A stretch of 64,000 bases of DNA from a virus (Duplodnaviria; Caudoviricetes), in IMG/VR virus record IMGVR_UViG_3300028048_000052, positions 96,001 through 160,000 of that record, one strand, 5' to 3'. A model generated the notes under the pieces. That model made no database searches, had not been told where the DNA came from, and worked only from the letters and a program-made list of their open reading frames with translations. Of this stretch, positions 19,539 through 31,408 are shown one piece after another. The position numbers and the translations under genes are program-made. Every line of letters begins with the position of its first letter. Within the stretch, counting starts at the first letter, position 1.

Positions 19539-20480
19539 ATATATATTAGTTGTGGCGTTGCGTTTGTTATAGGAATTTTATTTGCTTATTTAATTTTAAA
19601 ATCCAAATTAGATCATGTAGTTAAAATTAATGAAGATAATATAAAAAGAAATAAACAAATACAAAATGAGGTCATTTATTGAGAAAAGAAAAAAGAAGAA
19701 CTAAATAGCGAATATATAGATTTAAAATCATCTGCTTCATCTCTTGATGCTGAAATAAAAATAAAATCAGAAACGGCTCAAAATATTATTAATTCAAAAA
19801 TTGAATTAATGAAAGAACAAATGGATAGAAAAGCAGAAGATTTAGCAAATCAATATCAATCTGCTATTGATGATGCAAATTCTCAATATTTAGAAATATT
19901 AGCAGATTTATCCAAAACATCAATCGATACAACGGAATCAATTATTGAATTAGAAAAAAAATTAAAGGAATTAAAATCAAAGCATGATGCAGTAGTTGAA
20001 GATTATAAACGAGCGCAAGAGATGAATAATAAAAAAGATTTCTATCGTTTACAATTAACAGATATTGATTTAAAAGAAATAAAAAAATTGCGTGAGGTTG
20101 AGCCATATTTACGTGATGCGCGTCCACTTAATAAAGTCATTTGAAGTGTTTATTATGAGCACCCATATACTGATTTAACTGGGCGTATTATGGGAAGAGA
20201 AAAAAGAACGGGTATTTATAAACTAACAAATCTTACTAATAATATGGTTTATATAGGACAAGCTGTTAATATTGCAGAAAGATGAAAACAACATATTAAG
20301 TGCGCTATTGGGGCCGATAGTGCGCCTAATAATAAATTGTATCCGGTAATGCGGGCAATTGGCCCAGAAAATTTTACTTTTGAGATTATGGAAGAATGTT
20401 TGCCAGAAGAGTTAAATGAAAGAGAACAATATTGGCAAGATTTCTATAAGGCGAAAGAGTTTGGTTATAGTGTAAGATAG
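19539..20480 (+). CDS. TM plus coiled-coil plus C-terminal GIY-YIG protein (3 TGA=Trp; start uncertain)
   Basis: Frame open from 19527 to TAG 20478; N-terminal hydrophobic helix; TGIYKLTN..MVYIGQAVNIAER*KQH. Confidence 0.75.
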
Positions 20481-20488
20481 GAGAAAAT

Positions 20489-20779
20489 ATGTATAGAGTT
20501 ATCGCCGGCAATGATACCGGAAAAACTAAAAAATTACTAACTGAATGTGGAAGCAATGGTGTATTTGTTTGCGCTCATCCAGAGCGTATTAGTGAAAAAT
20601 GTAGAGCATACAATATTCCATTAGTGAAAGCGATTGGATATGATGATTTTAAATATTTACTTATCGAAGGTGATTTGTATAATGAAAATGATGATAGACC
20701 GATTTATATTGATGAGTTAGAAAAATTTGTAAATTATTGTGTTCCATATTTAGCTGGCTATACATTAACAAACGATTAA
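20489..20779 (+). CDS. Hypothetical protein with P-loop-like motifs
   Basis: AGNDTGKT and IYIDE. Confidence 0.55.
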   Translation: MYRVIAGNDTGKTKKLLTECGSNGVFVCAHPERISEKCRAYNIPLVKAIGYDDFKYLLIEGDLYNENDDRPIYIDELEKFVNYCVPYLAGYTLTND

Positions 20780-20780
20780 T

Positions 20781-22575
20781 ATGAAATTAGAAAATGTAAG
20801 AGTATATAATATTTCAACAGCGTTATTTGGAATGAGAAATCCAAAAAATTCTTGGGATAGAAGAGATACCAAGAGTGGAATTGCAACTTATGATGAAGTT
20901 GTTAAAATGGCTGAAGATAGCGAATTTGATTTAAAAGATATCCTTTTGTATCAAGATGATAATGAAATGTGCGAATATTGTGTTATCGGCCCTAACGATA
21001 TGAAGCTAGCAAAAGTATTAAAAGATGCTGGCACAGAACACCGTAAATATTTAAGACAAATCTTTGTTACAATGGATATTACTGCACCGTTATATTGGTA
21101 GACTTTCTGCCAAAAAATACTTTACCGCTTCATCAGCGGGGTCGCATTAGCGGCTAACGGGGAAGCCTAAACTGAAAAGCATGGTAATCCCGTGGGAAAT
21201 ATAAAAAATAATAAATTAAATGTGTCAAAATATATTAATTCTTATTATATGTTTCTTATATATAATAGGAGGATTAAATAATGAAACAAACAAGAAATTG
21301 TGGTCCACGAAAAGATTTAAGTGGAAAAAAATTTGGTAAATTAACTGCAATATATTATGTTCCAAAAGGAAAATGACATTGCAAATGTGATTGTGGAAAT
21401 GAATTAGATGTGGACACAAGAAATTTAAATAGTAATCATACACAAAGCTGTGGCTGCTTACAAAAAGAAAATGTAAGAAAAAATGCTATTGATATGACCG
21501 GGTATGAAAATAATGGTATTAAAGTTATATCAAAAGCCGAATCTGATAAAAATGGTTACGCTCATTGAAATTGTGAATGTAAAATATGTGGAAGAAAATT
21601 TACTTCTGCTGGTTCAGCTATTAGACAAGGTCTTGTTCAAAGTTGTGGATGCGTTCATTCATTAAACGAGCAATTAATAACAAAAATGTTATTAGAAAAT
21701 AATATAGATTTTGCTAGAGAATATACTTTTGGAGATTTAAAAGGAGTTAATGGTGGGGCATTAAGATTTGATTTTGCGATATTTAAAGATAAAAAATTAT
21801 CTCATTTAATTGAATTTAATGGAAAACAACATTACGAAAAATCAAAAGGTAGTTGAGAAAAAGAATTTGACACATTACAAAAAAATGATAAAATAAAAAA
21901 AGAATATTGTGAAAAAAATAATATTAAATTAATTATCATAAAATATGACCAACAATATTCTTTAAAAGATTTATTATAATTATAAACCTGTAGAGACTAT
22001 CCCGGGTGAGACTGGGAGTACGGCTTCTATTGATACGAAGTTGGAAATGGTATTCTCTTTAAATAAAGAGTAAAAGATAGTCCAATCTATTATGAAAATA
22101 ATAGATAATTGGGAAAGAATTTGATACCTATAAAATCGGTACAACATCCAATAGCCAAAGTACGATGCATAAGATGGCGGCTAAACCAATTACATTAGAT
22201 TGCTTTGAGATTGGTGATTATGAAAAAGATTTAGTTTTTGAAGAAAGCACAGCAGGTGAGCATTCTTGGGATTATCAGTGTAAAGTGGACCACGTTATAG
22301 GTGGAGAAAGCGAAGGCACTTATTATTGGGATAAATGCTACATTAAATTCTTGGAAATGTTGCGTTTAAAATATCTTGAAACAAAAGATATGCGCTACTG
22401 GAAAGAGTTAATTAGATGGCTTCCAGAAAGCTGGTTACAGACAAGAACAATTACTTTAGATTATGAAGTATTGAGTAGAATGTACCAACAGAGAAAAGAC
22501 CATAAATTAAGTGAGTGGCATTGGTTCTGTGACCGGATTGCTGATATGCCATATGCAAAAGACTTGATTTTATAA
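20781..22575 (+). CDS. ThyX-like (flavin-dependent thymidylate synthase-like) protein; exons 20781-21099 and 22112-22575
   Basis: Splicing restores EHRKYLRQI..TAPLYW|WKEFDTYKIGT..NSQSTMHK...LP...RKDHKLSEW. Confidence 0.75.
21100..22111 (+). ncRNA. Group I intron in the thyX-like gene
   Basis: Exon ends in U; P1 TTGGT|AG pairs with CTGCCAA (U.G); core GTAGAGACTA...AAGATAGTCC; terminal G; frame restored. Confidence 0.9.
21281..21979 (+). mobile_element. Intron-encoded endonuclease (Cys-rich repeats plus Vsr/EDxHD-like domain; 3 TGA=Trp)
   Basis: KFGKLT..K*HCKCDCG..SCGC repeats; LRFDFAI..IEFNGKQHY..D. Confidence 0.8.
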
Positions 22576-22623
22576 AAAAAATATGATATAATTATTATAG
22601 TATAGGGGGAATTTATATAGGAA

Positions 22624-22980
22624 ATGAAAAAGGATTTTTTAGAATTTTTAGACAACCTGATGGCAGCTGCGCCAGAACAGACAGCGAAGTACATGACGGA
22701 TAATGCAAAAACTTATGTAGAAGCTTTGCGTATGGCGTCAGAGGAGGAAAAGGAGAAGCCAGAAATGACTGATAACGGTAAGTTAATTCTTGGCTACATG
22801 CAGACGTCTAATATTAATGCTCTTACGGCAAAAAGAATTTCCGAAGGAATTTTGGTTAGTTCAAGAGGAGTTTCTGGGGCAATGAGAAAATTAGTAACAG
22901 ATGGCTACTGTGAAAAAGTGGGCACCAGCCCGTCCGTTTATATTTTGACAGAAAAAGGAAAAAATTATAAAATTAATTAA
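22624..22980 (+). CDS. Winged-HTH protein
   Basis: SRGVSGAMRKLVTDGY..Y.LTEKG. Confidence 0.7.
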   Translation: MKKDFLEFLDNLMAAAPEQTAKYMTDNAKTYVEALRMASEEEKEKPEMTDNGKLILGYMQTSNINALTAKRISEGILVSSRGVSGAMRKLVTDGYCEKVGTSPSVYILTEKGKNYKIN

Positions 22981-23007
22981 GTATTAAGAAAGAGGAATTT
23001 AGTAAAA

Positions 23008-23979
23008 ATGAAGAAAATGATTAATGCAACACACGTGGAAGGTTTGTTATACGACCACGCTTTAGAGGAAAAGGTGTCAGGTGCAAATTCTAAAAATCCC
23101 GGAACAAAATTTATCGCAGGAACTGTTGATGTAGCAACAGATAATGACGGTATTAATATTGTTTCAGTACATTATACCTATGTAACTCCAGTAACAGCAA
23201 CAGGAAAAGAAAATGCAACCTATACAACTTTGTTAAACATTATTAATGGAACCTATAAGACTGTTGTTAGAGACGGTTCTGATAATGCAACAAAGATTAG
23301 AATTGATTCTGCTATTGGTCTGAATGAATTTTATTCAGATAGAGATGGCACAGAAACACTTGTAAGTGTAAAGAGAAATGAGGGTGGATTTGTCCATACT
23401 AATGGAAACTTTACAGACGATGAAACATTAAGAAATACATTTGATGTTGATATTGTTATTACAGGTGTACGTCATGTTGATGGAGATGCTGATAAGGGAA
23501 CTGATGATAAGAGTATTGTTAAGGGAGCAATTTTTGATTTCAGAAACAGTTTATTACCAGTTGAATTTTCAGTAACAAATCCAGCAGCGATGAACTATTT
23601 TGAAGGATTAGATGCATCAAATAAAAATCCGATTTTCACAAGAGTAAGAGGTCGTCAGGTTTCTGAAACTATTACTCGTCAGATTACAGAAGAAGGTGCG
23701 TTTGGTGAACCGAGTGTAAGAGAAGTAAAAACCACTAGAAAAGATTTCGTTATTACTTGGGCGAAAGCTGAACCATATCTCTTTGATGATGAATCAACTT
23801 TAACAGCAGAGGAATTTAAGAAAGCGATCGCCGATAGAGAAATGGCGTTAGCTGAACTTAAGAGGAGAAACGACGAATACAAAGCAAATAGAAAAGCAGG
23901 TAATGGTATGCCATTTGGTGATACAAGTTCTACTACCACCAATGTTGCCGCGCCAGCAATGGGCTCATTTGATTTTTAG
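23008..23979 (+). CDS. Putative single-stranded DNA-binding protein
   Basis: Beta-rich body and flexible tail ending FDF; adjacent to a Sak4-like gene. Confidence 0.6.
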   Translation: MKKMINATHVEGLLYDHALEEKVSGANSKNPGTKFIAGTVDVATDNDGINIVSVHYTYVTPVTATGKENATYTTLLNIINGTYKTVVRDGSDNATKIRIDSAIGLNEFYSDRDGTETLVSVKRNEGGFVHTNGNFTDDETLRNTFDVDIVITGVRHVDGDADKGTDDKSIVKGAIFDFRNSLLPVEFSVTNPAAMNYFEGLDASNKNPIFTRVRGRQVSETITRQITEEGAFGEPSVREVKTTRKDFVITWAKAEPYLFDDESTLTAEEFKKAIADREMALAELKRRNDEYKANRKAGNGMPFGDTSSTTTNVAAPAMGSFDF

Positions 23980-23991
23980 GAGGTAAATTAA

Positions 23992-24984
23992 ATGTTAGAT
24001 ATTTTAAATTTACAACCTAATAAAGTTAGTCGTGATATGCGTGGATATTCGGTGTTGATGTATGGTACGCCAAAATCTGGTAAAACCACTACAGCATCTA
24101 AGTTTCCAAATGCATTACTTGTAGCTTTTGAAAAGGGCTATTCTGCTATTCCTAATGTATTAGCAGCGCCTGTTAACAGCTGGAATGAATTTAGACAGTT
24201 GCTTAAACAGTTAGAAAAACCAGAAGCAAAAGCAAAGTATTCTACTATTGTTGTAGATACAGCTGATATTGCTTATGATTATTGTGTTAAATATATTTGC
24301 GCCAAAGCAAGTGACGCAAAAAATGATTATGAAAATATTGGAGATATCCCCTATGGTAAGGGATATAAAATGGCTGAAACCGAATTTGATGAGTGCTTAA
24401 GAAAGATTCTTCAGATGGATTATGGTCTTGTGCTGATTAGTCATGCTACCGATAAAACTTTCACAGATACAAATGGTAATGAATATAACCAGATCGTGCC
24501 TACTCTTGACAATAGAGCAAGAAAGATTTGTGAAAGAACATGCGATATTATTGGTTATACCCATAGCGAGTACAATGCAGAGGGAGGCACTACCACTTAT
24601 ATGGAAATGCGTGGTACCCCAAGATATGTTGCCGGCTCAAGATTTAAATATACGCCAGATAGAATTGAATTAAGTTATGAAAATTTGTTAAATGCTATTA
24701 ATCATTCAATTGATGAAGAAGCAAAGAATTTAGGTGATCAAGTTTTAACAAATGAAAAATCAAATGTTCATCAGCAAGTTGAAAAAGAATATGACTTTGA
24801 TGCTATGATGGCAGAATTCCAAAACATTGTTGGTGCTTTAATGTCAAAGAACCAGAACAATGCGAAGAAGATTACTGCTATTGCTGATAAGTATCTTGGC
24901 AAGGGCAAGAAGGTTGGAGATTGCACTCCTACAAATGCCCCACAGCTTGACTTAATTCTTATGGAATTAAGAGAATTAGTATAA
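23992..24984 (+). CDS. Sak4-like AAA_24 ssDNA-annealing ATPase
   Basis: YGTPKSGKTT, VVDT, LISH, CDIIGY, AGSRF. Confidence 0.8.
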   Translation: MLDILNLQPNKVSRDMRGYSVLMYGTPKSGKTTTASKFPNALLVAFEKGYSAIPNVLAAPVNSWNEFRQLLKQLEKPEAKAKYSTIVVDTADIAYDYCVKYICAKASDAKNDYENIGDIPYGKGYKMAETEFDECLRKILQMDYGLVLISHATDKTFTDTNGNEYNQIVPTLDNRARKICERTCDIIGYTHSEYNAEGGTTTYMEMRGTPRYVAGSRFKYTPDRIELSYENLLNAINHSIDEEAKNLGDQVLTNEKSNVHQQVEKEYDFDAMMAEFQNIVGALMSKNQNNAKKITAIADKYLGKGKKVGDCTPTNAPQLDLILMELRELV

Positions 24985-25050
24985 AACAGTCAACCCTGAG
25001 GAAACTTGGGGTTGATTTTTTTTATATTTTATGGTATAATATAGGTGTAA

Positions 25051-25566
25051 ATGGCTAAGTTAATGGTTAAATGCCCCGTTTGTGGGAAAAGTTTTGATAG
25101 AAATAGTACGCCATATCATCAAGAGGGTAGAAGATATTTACACATGGAGTGTTGGGCAAGAAGAGAAGCCTCAAAAACTCAAGATGATAAGGATAGAGAG
25201 GCCCTTGAAGAATATATCAAGGAACTTTTTAAATTAACGGTCATTCCGATTAAAATTGAAAAACAAATAAATAGTTTTCATAACGAATATGGTTATACTT
25301 ATACCGGGATTAAAAAAGCATTAGTATATCAATTTGAAGTTAAAAAAGGTGATATTAAACAAGCAAATGGTGGTATAGGTATTGTGCCATATGTTTATGA
25401 ACAAGCAAGAAATTATTATTATCAAATATGGGTAGCTCAACAACAAAATAATGATAAAATAATTAATGACTATATTCCTAGTGAGGTAAAAATAAAAATT
25501 AAAAATCCTCAAAAACAACCGAAAAGAAGAAAATTGTTTGAATTTTTAGATAAGGAGGGAGAATAA
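25051..25566 (+). CDS. Zn-finger replication-associated protein
   Basis: CPVC...HMEC; GIGIVPYVY; translationally coupled to the helicase. Confidence 0.55.
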   Translation: MAKLMVKCPVCGKSFDRNSTPYHQEGRRYLHMECWARREASKTQDDKDREALEEYIKELFKLTVIPIKIEKQINSFHNEYGYTYTGIKKALVYQFEVKKGDIKQANGGIGIVPYVYEQARNYYYQIWVAQQQNNDKIINDYIPSEVKIKIKNPQKQPKRRKLFEFLDKEGE

Positions 25567-27101
25567 TGGCAACAAGTAAATATGTTGATCCGACCGCAAT
25601 AATGCAAGTAGTTGGATGTGTGTATAATAATCCCTCTTTATTAGATGCAACAGATAAATACACAATAACAGCTGACGATTTTGCAGATGAATTTCATAGA
25701 ATTGCTTTTGGCTCAATTTATAAAATTCATGAATTAGGCGCAAAGAAAATTACATTAGAAAATATTATGGATTTCTTATCAAGTCGTCCCAAGAGTGAAG
25801 CTATCTTCAAACAACAAAAAGGTGAAGAATGGTTATTAAAAGTGGCTGAAAACGCAATCCCGGCTTCATTTGATTATTATTATAATAGATTAAAAAAGTT
25901 TAGTTTATTAAGAGCTTATGATAACTATGGAATTGATGTAAAATTCATTTATGACCCAGATAATATTCTTGATACAAAGAAAAAAGAATTACAAGAAGAG
26001 CAACTCGATAATTCAACATTGAACCAACTCGCTCAAAAAGTTGATGATATGATTGAGGGTATCCGGGCACAATATGTTGATGATGTATATCAAGAAGCAG
26101 TTCAAGCAAGCGATGGGCTTGAGGATTTGATTAAAAGTTTTAAAGAACGTCCAGAAGTCGGTGTACCAATGTATGGCCAATTAATCAATACAGTAACACG
26201 TGGCGCAAGGTTAGGAAAATTCTATTTACGTTCTGCGCCTACTGGTGTTGGTAAATCAAGAACGATGATAGCAGATGCTTGTTATATTGCTTGTAATGAG
26301 ATTTATAATGATACTATTGGAATGTGGGTTAAAAATGGAATTGTTCAACCGACTGTTTATATAACAACAGAACAAGATAAAAGTGAAATTCAAACCATGA
26401 TGCTTGCATTCTTAGCAAGCGTAAATGAAGAGCATATTTTAAACGGGAGATATGAAGGAGATGAAGAAGAAAGAATTTATTATGCTTTAAAGGTATTACA
26501 AAATTCTCCTTTATATATAGTTGAACTACCAGATTTTTCTTTACAAGATATTGAAGATATAATTAAAAAGAATATAAGAGAACATGATGTTAAATTTGTG
26601 TTTCATGATTATATTCATACAAGTATTAAAATTTTAGAAGAAATTACTCGTCGTTCTGGTGGAGTAAAATTAAGAGAAGATAATATCTTATTTATGTTAT
26701 CAACAAGATTAAAAGATATTTGTAATCAGTATGGAGTATTTATTTTATCAAGTACCCAGCTAAATGCGGATTATCAAGTGTCTGAAACGCCGGATCAAAA
26801 TTTATTAAGAGGAGCAAAAGCGATTGCTGATAAAATAGATTTTGGGTGTATATTGTTACCAGTTAAACAAGAAGATATTGAATCATTAGCAAAAGTTTTA
26901 CAAAGAAGTAATTTTGAAAAACCAACTCATAAATTATCAATTTATAAAAACCGAAGAGGTAGGTATAATGGAATATATTTATGGTGTAAAGGTGATTTGG
27001 GCACTTGTAGAGTTAATCCAATTTTTGCAACAAATTGGAGTTATGAGTTAATACAAATGGAAGATTTTCAAATTGAAGTAGAAAGTGATGGTGCGTTTTA
27101 A
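25566..27101 (+). CDS. DnaB-like replicative helicase
   Basis: APTGVGKS, FHDYIH, STQLN, KNRRG. Confidence 0.9.
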   Translation: MATSKYVDPTAIMQVVGCVYNNPSLLDATDKYTITADDFADEFHRIAFGSIYKIHELGAKKITLENIMDFLSSRPKSEAIFKQQKGEEWLLKVAENAIPASFDYYYNRLKKFSLLRAYDNYGIDVKFIYDPDNILDTKKKELQEEQLDNSTLNQLAQKVDDMIEGIRAQYVDDVYQEAVQASDGLEDLIKSFKERPEVGVPMYGQLINTVTRGARLGKFYLRSAPTGVGKSRTMIADACYIACNEIYNDTIGMWVKNGIVQPTVYITTEQDKSEIQTMMLAFLASVNEEHILNGRYEGDEEERIYYALKVLQNSPLYIVELPDFSLQDIEDIIKKNIREHDVKFVFHDYIHTSIKILEEITRRSGGVKLREDNILFMLSTRLKDICNQYGVFILSSTQLNADYQVSETPDQNLLRGAKAIADKIDFGCILLPVKQEDIESLAKVLQRSNFEKPTHKLSIYKNRRGRYNGIYLWCKGDLGTCRVNPIFATNWSYELIQMEDFQIEVESDGAF

Positions 27102-27271
27102 TGGAAAATAAGATATGGATTGAAATTAATGTGTCTATTGCTGGTAACGGCGTTAGTGATGAGTATATGTTAAATAATATGGAAGATTATGGTTTGTATG
27201 ATAATATTGATGACGCTATTGGCGCATTAATAGATATACAAAATATTATGGAGGAAGAAAATGAAATATAA
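27101..27271 (+). CDS. 56-aa hypothetical protein
   Basis: ATG overlaps the helicase stop and fills the gap. Confidence 0.45.
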   Translation: MENKIWIEINVSIAGNGVSDEYMLNNMEDYGLYDNIDDAIGALIDIQNIMEEENEI

Positions 27272-27716
27272 AATTTTACAACTTGACGCAAACGGAAGAA
27301 TTAGCTTCACTAAAGAAGAATTAGAGAAGTTACTTGATGAAGTTTATAACAATGGATATGAAGATGGTAGAAAAACTTGCCAATATACGTATCCATATTG
27401 GTATTGGAAATCATATCTTACTACAACCCCAAATATTGTTTATACAGATAAAACAACAAATCCAACACTTCCAAATGACTATATTTATGTTGGTGATGAT
27501 CCAAATACGCTGGGAACAGTAACGACTGGAACGCCATTGAAAAATAATGGAAATACTGTCTGCACTGATATTCCAGATGATTCATCTCATTTTACACATG
27601 CAACTACAACAAACACAACCACAACCGCAAATACCGATTTTGCACCGCACTGGACAGCTGAAAGAGTTGTATACGGAACTAAAAATACATCAACAGATAA
27701 AAAGTATACAGGATAA
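27261..27716 (+). CDS. Thr-rich hypothetical protein
   Basis: GGAGG RBS; ORF track. Confidence 0.6.
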   Translation: MKYKILQLDANGRISFTKEELEKLLDEVYNNGYEDGRKTCQYTYPYWYWKSYLTTTPNIVYTDKTTNPTLPNDYIYVGDDPNTLGTVTTGTPLKNNGNTVCTDIPDDSSHFTHATTTNTTTTANTDFAPHWTAERVVYGTKNTSTDKKYTG

Positions 27717-27719
27717 AAT

Positions 27720-28826
27720 ATGGCAGGATATGATAAATTAGAAGTAAGAGAAAAATTAGAAATAGAAGATATTTATAGTTTACTTCTTGAGTTTGGAGGT
27801 GAACCAGAATATTCTTCTTTTGGCATTATTTCAAGAACGATTTGTCATAATCCTGCGCATGAAGGAAGTCGCAAATTATACTATTATGAAAATAGTGATT
27901 TGTTTAGGTGTTATACTGATTGTGGCGATTCGTTTGACATATTTGAATTAGTCCAAAAGGTTAGTAGAATCCAATGGCATAAAGAAACAGATTTAAATGG
28001 GGCAATATATTATGTTGCGGTTAAATTTGGAATTGCGCCGAATTTTGGAACTGATGATGATAACGTAGTTAATGCCGAAGATTGGGAAGCATTTGAAAAA
28101 TATTCTCATATTAAAGATATTGAAATAAAAGATTTAAAAGTAACTCTTGAAGAATATGATGATAGTATTTTAGATAAATTGAGATATGATTTAAAATTAA
28201 CCCCATGGTTAAAAGAGCATATGACGCAAGAGGTTCTTGACAGCGCAAGGATTGGCTATTGGCTCGGTGGAGACCAGATAACAATTCCACATTATGATAA
28301 AGATGGTAGATTTGTTGGATTGCGTGGTAGAACCATGTGTAAAGATGAAGCCATGGCTTATGGAAAATATCGTCCTATAAAAATTATGGACACTCAATAT
28401 AATCATGCATTAAGTATGAATTTATATAATCTTAATTTTAGTAAAGATAATATAAAGAAAATGGGAAAAGCAATTATCTTTGAAAGTGAGAAAAGTTGTC
28501 TTATTTATAGAAGTTATTTTGGAAAAGATGCTGATATAAGTGTAGCGTGTTGTGGTAGTAATATCTCAGCATATCAAATTCAAATGCTTTTGGATGCTGG
28601 CGCAAAAGAAATTATAGTTGCATTTGATCGTGATTTTGAGGTCAAAGGCGATAAAACATATATGGCTCAAATTAATAAATATAAGAGGATATATAATAAA
28701 TATCATATTTATTGCAATATTTCATTTATTTTTGATAAAAATAATTTATTACCAATAAAAGCGAGTCCAATAGATAATGGTAAAGAAATATTTTTACAAT
28801 TATTTAATGAAAGAATCTTTTTATAG
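27720..28826 (+). CDS. DNA primase (Zn finger plus TOPRIM)
   Basis: CHN...CYTDC, GLRGR, FESEKS, AFDRD. Confidence 0.85.
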   Translation: MAGYDKLEVREKLEIEDIYSLLLEFGGEPEYSSFGIISRTICHNPAHEGSRKLYYYENSDLFRCYTDCGDSFDIFELVQKVSRIQWHKETDLNGAIYYVAVKFGIAPNFGTDDDNVVNAEDWEAFEKYSHIKDIEIKDLKVTLEEYDDSILDKLRYDLKLTPWLKEHMTQEVLDSARIGYWLGGDQITIPHYDKDGRFVGLRGRTMCKDEAMAYGKYRPIKIMDTQYNHALSMNLYNLNFSKDNIKKMGKAIIFESEKSCLIYRSYFGKDADISVACCGSNISAYQIQMLLDAGAKEIIVAFDRDFEVKGDKTYMAQINKYKRIYNKYHIYCNISFIFDKNNLLPIKASPIDNGKEIFLQLFNERIFL

Positions 28827-28837
28827 GAGGTATCTTA

Positions 28838-29578
28838 GTGCCAAAATTAATTGATTTGACCGGGAAAAAATTTGGAAAACTTATTGTAAAAGAAAGAGCA
28901 CCAAATAAAAATAACCAAGTATGTTGATTATGTAAATGTGATTGCGGGAATGAAGTAATTGTCACAAGAAGAGAATTATTAACTGGACATACTAAATCGT
29001 GTGGGTGTTATCGTAAAGAGATTACCGCAAAAAGAAATAAAGAAATAAAACCTAAAAAATTAGATGGGTTAAGATTTGGCAAATTAACTGTTTTAAAGCC
29101 AACTGAATTACGAGATACAAATGGCGCAATAATTTGAGAGTGTGTTTGTGATTGTGGAACACATACAATGGTTCGTGGAAATTTATTAGTTAATGGAATG
29201 ATACAGAGTTGTGGATGTGTAAAATCACAAGGAGAACAAAAAATTATTGACATTTTAAAAAAATATGATATAATTTATGAAAAAGAAAAAACTTTTGAAA
29301 CATGCCGTTATCCAGAAACAAATTTCTTATGTCGTTTTGATTTTTATGTTAATAATAAATATTTAATAGAATTTGATGGTGAACAACATTTTAAAAAAAG
29401 TAAATATAATAATAGTTGAAATACAGAACAACATTTAAAAGAAACTAAAATGCATGATGAATATAAAAATAATTGGTGTAAAGAAAATAATATCCCATTA
29501 ATTAGAATTCCTTACAACCATTTAAATGAATTAAAAATAGAAGATTTAATGTTAGAAACAAGTAAATTTGTTATTTAA
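28838..29578 (+). mobile_element. Free-standing endonuclease, paralog of the thyX-intron ORF (3 TGA=Trp)
   Basis: GTG start after GGAGG; DLTGKKFGKL..C*LCKCDCG..SCGC twice; RFDFY..IEFDGEQH. Confidence 0.8.
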
Positions 29579-29596
29579 TGAAAGGGTGGTGTTATA

Positions 29597-31327
29597 ATGA
29601 AATATATAATGCGTGGAGATTGAAATGAAAATAATAAAACTGCGCTTGTACGGGTTTTATTGAATAGGGGAATGAAAGAAGAAGATATTGAGCATTATTT
29701 AAATACAACAGACGATGATTTAATTGACCCATCCTTAATTGAAAATATACAAGAAGGCACTCAAATGCTTTTAAAACATATTAATGCCAACAATGATATT
29801 TATATTCAAGTAGATTCAGACGTTGATGGTTATACAAGTTCAGCCATTTTAATTAATTACTTGTATAAAGCATATCCAGATTTTGCTAAAACGCATATTA
29901 CCTATGGTCTTCATGAAAATAAAGAACATGGTATTGATATGGATGCTATTAAAGATAATATTAAATTAGTTGTTGTCCCAGATGCTGGATCAAACGAATT
30001 TGATTTACATGCTGAACTTAAATATAATGGGATTGATGTATTAATTATAGACCACCATAACGCAGAGGGCTATTCTGATTATGCGTGCGTAATTAATAAT
30101 CAAATTGGTAACTACCCGAATAAAGATTTATCTGGGGCTGGCATGGTTTATAAATTTTGTTGCTATCTTGATAAATATTTAGGTTTTGATTTTGCAGATG
30201 ATTTTATTGATTTGGCGGTGTTTGGGATAATCGCTGATGTAATGCCACTTACCAATTTTGAAACAAGAAGAATGATTGTTAAAGCAATAGATAATTTTAG
30301 AAGTCCATTTTTAAATGTTCTTGCTTCAGCTAATAGCTTTCAAAGTGGAGTTCAAATAGTTCCAAAGACATTCTCTTGGACTATGGCGCCAGCAATAAAT
30401 GCTATTTGTAGAATGGGTAATTTAGAAGATAAAAAAATTGTATTTGAAGCAATGCTTGAAAAAAATAGCGAATTAGAAGTTCCATCAACCAAAAGAGGGC
30501 ACAAAGGTGAAACAGAGTTATTAATTGAGCAGGCGGCAAGAGTTGCTAAAAATGTTAAAGCTGGACAAGACAGAGCAAGAGATAAATTATGTGAACAGTT
30601 TGAGCAATTAATTAATGATAAAAATTTACTTGAAAATCAAATCTTGGCTCTTAAAATGCCAGATTCAACCCAAGAGGATAGAAATATAACTGGGCTTGTT
30701 GCTAATAAATTAATGAGTAAATATCAAAGACCAGTTCTTGTACTGAGTAAAAAAGTATTAGAAGATGGCTCGGTTCATTGGGCCGGCTCTGGCAGAAATG
30801 GCGGAGATGGGTTAATTAGTTTTCAAAAATTCTTAATAGATTCAAATTTAGTAGATTGGGCACAGGGGCACGACAATGCATTTGGCGTTTCTATTCCCGA
30901 TGAAAATTTCTCTGCTTTGATACAATATGGGAATAAAGAATTGGCTAACTTTGATTTTACTCCAAAATATAAAATAGATATAGTATATTATGGGACAAAT
31001 ATCGATATTGGTGATATTGCTTCTATTGCTGATAATAATGATTTATGGGGAGAGGGTCTTGAAGAACCGAAGATTCTTATAAAAGATTTACCCATCAATT
31101 CAGCGCTTGCTGATATATCACCGAGAGGTTATTTTAAAATATCACTTGGATCTGAGTTAGATATTGTTAAAATGCGAATGGATTTTGATGAGTTTGATAA
31201 AATTATAAAAGGACCAAATAGTAAATTAGATATTATTGGAACTTGTTTCCGTAATGTTGGGTTTGGCGATGGTTTACAAATTAGAATTGAAGATTATGAA
31301 TTAAAAACACAGCAATGGTATTTTTAA
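29597..31327 (+). CDS. recJ: RecJ-like DHH ssDNA exonuclease (TGA at codon 9)
   Basis: DSDVDG, IIDHH, ADVM, GSGR, QGHDNAFG; ATG 29597 after GGTGGT is in frame through TGA 29621. Confidence 0.88.
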
Positions 31328-31408
31328 ACCGTCGGCTATGTCTATTGGACATAACCAGTTGATTTACATTTATGTTTTTTATATAATATATAAAGGAGAA
31401 AGATATAT

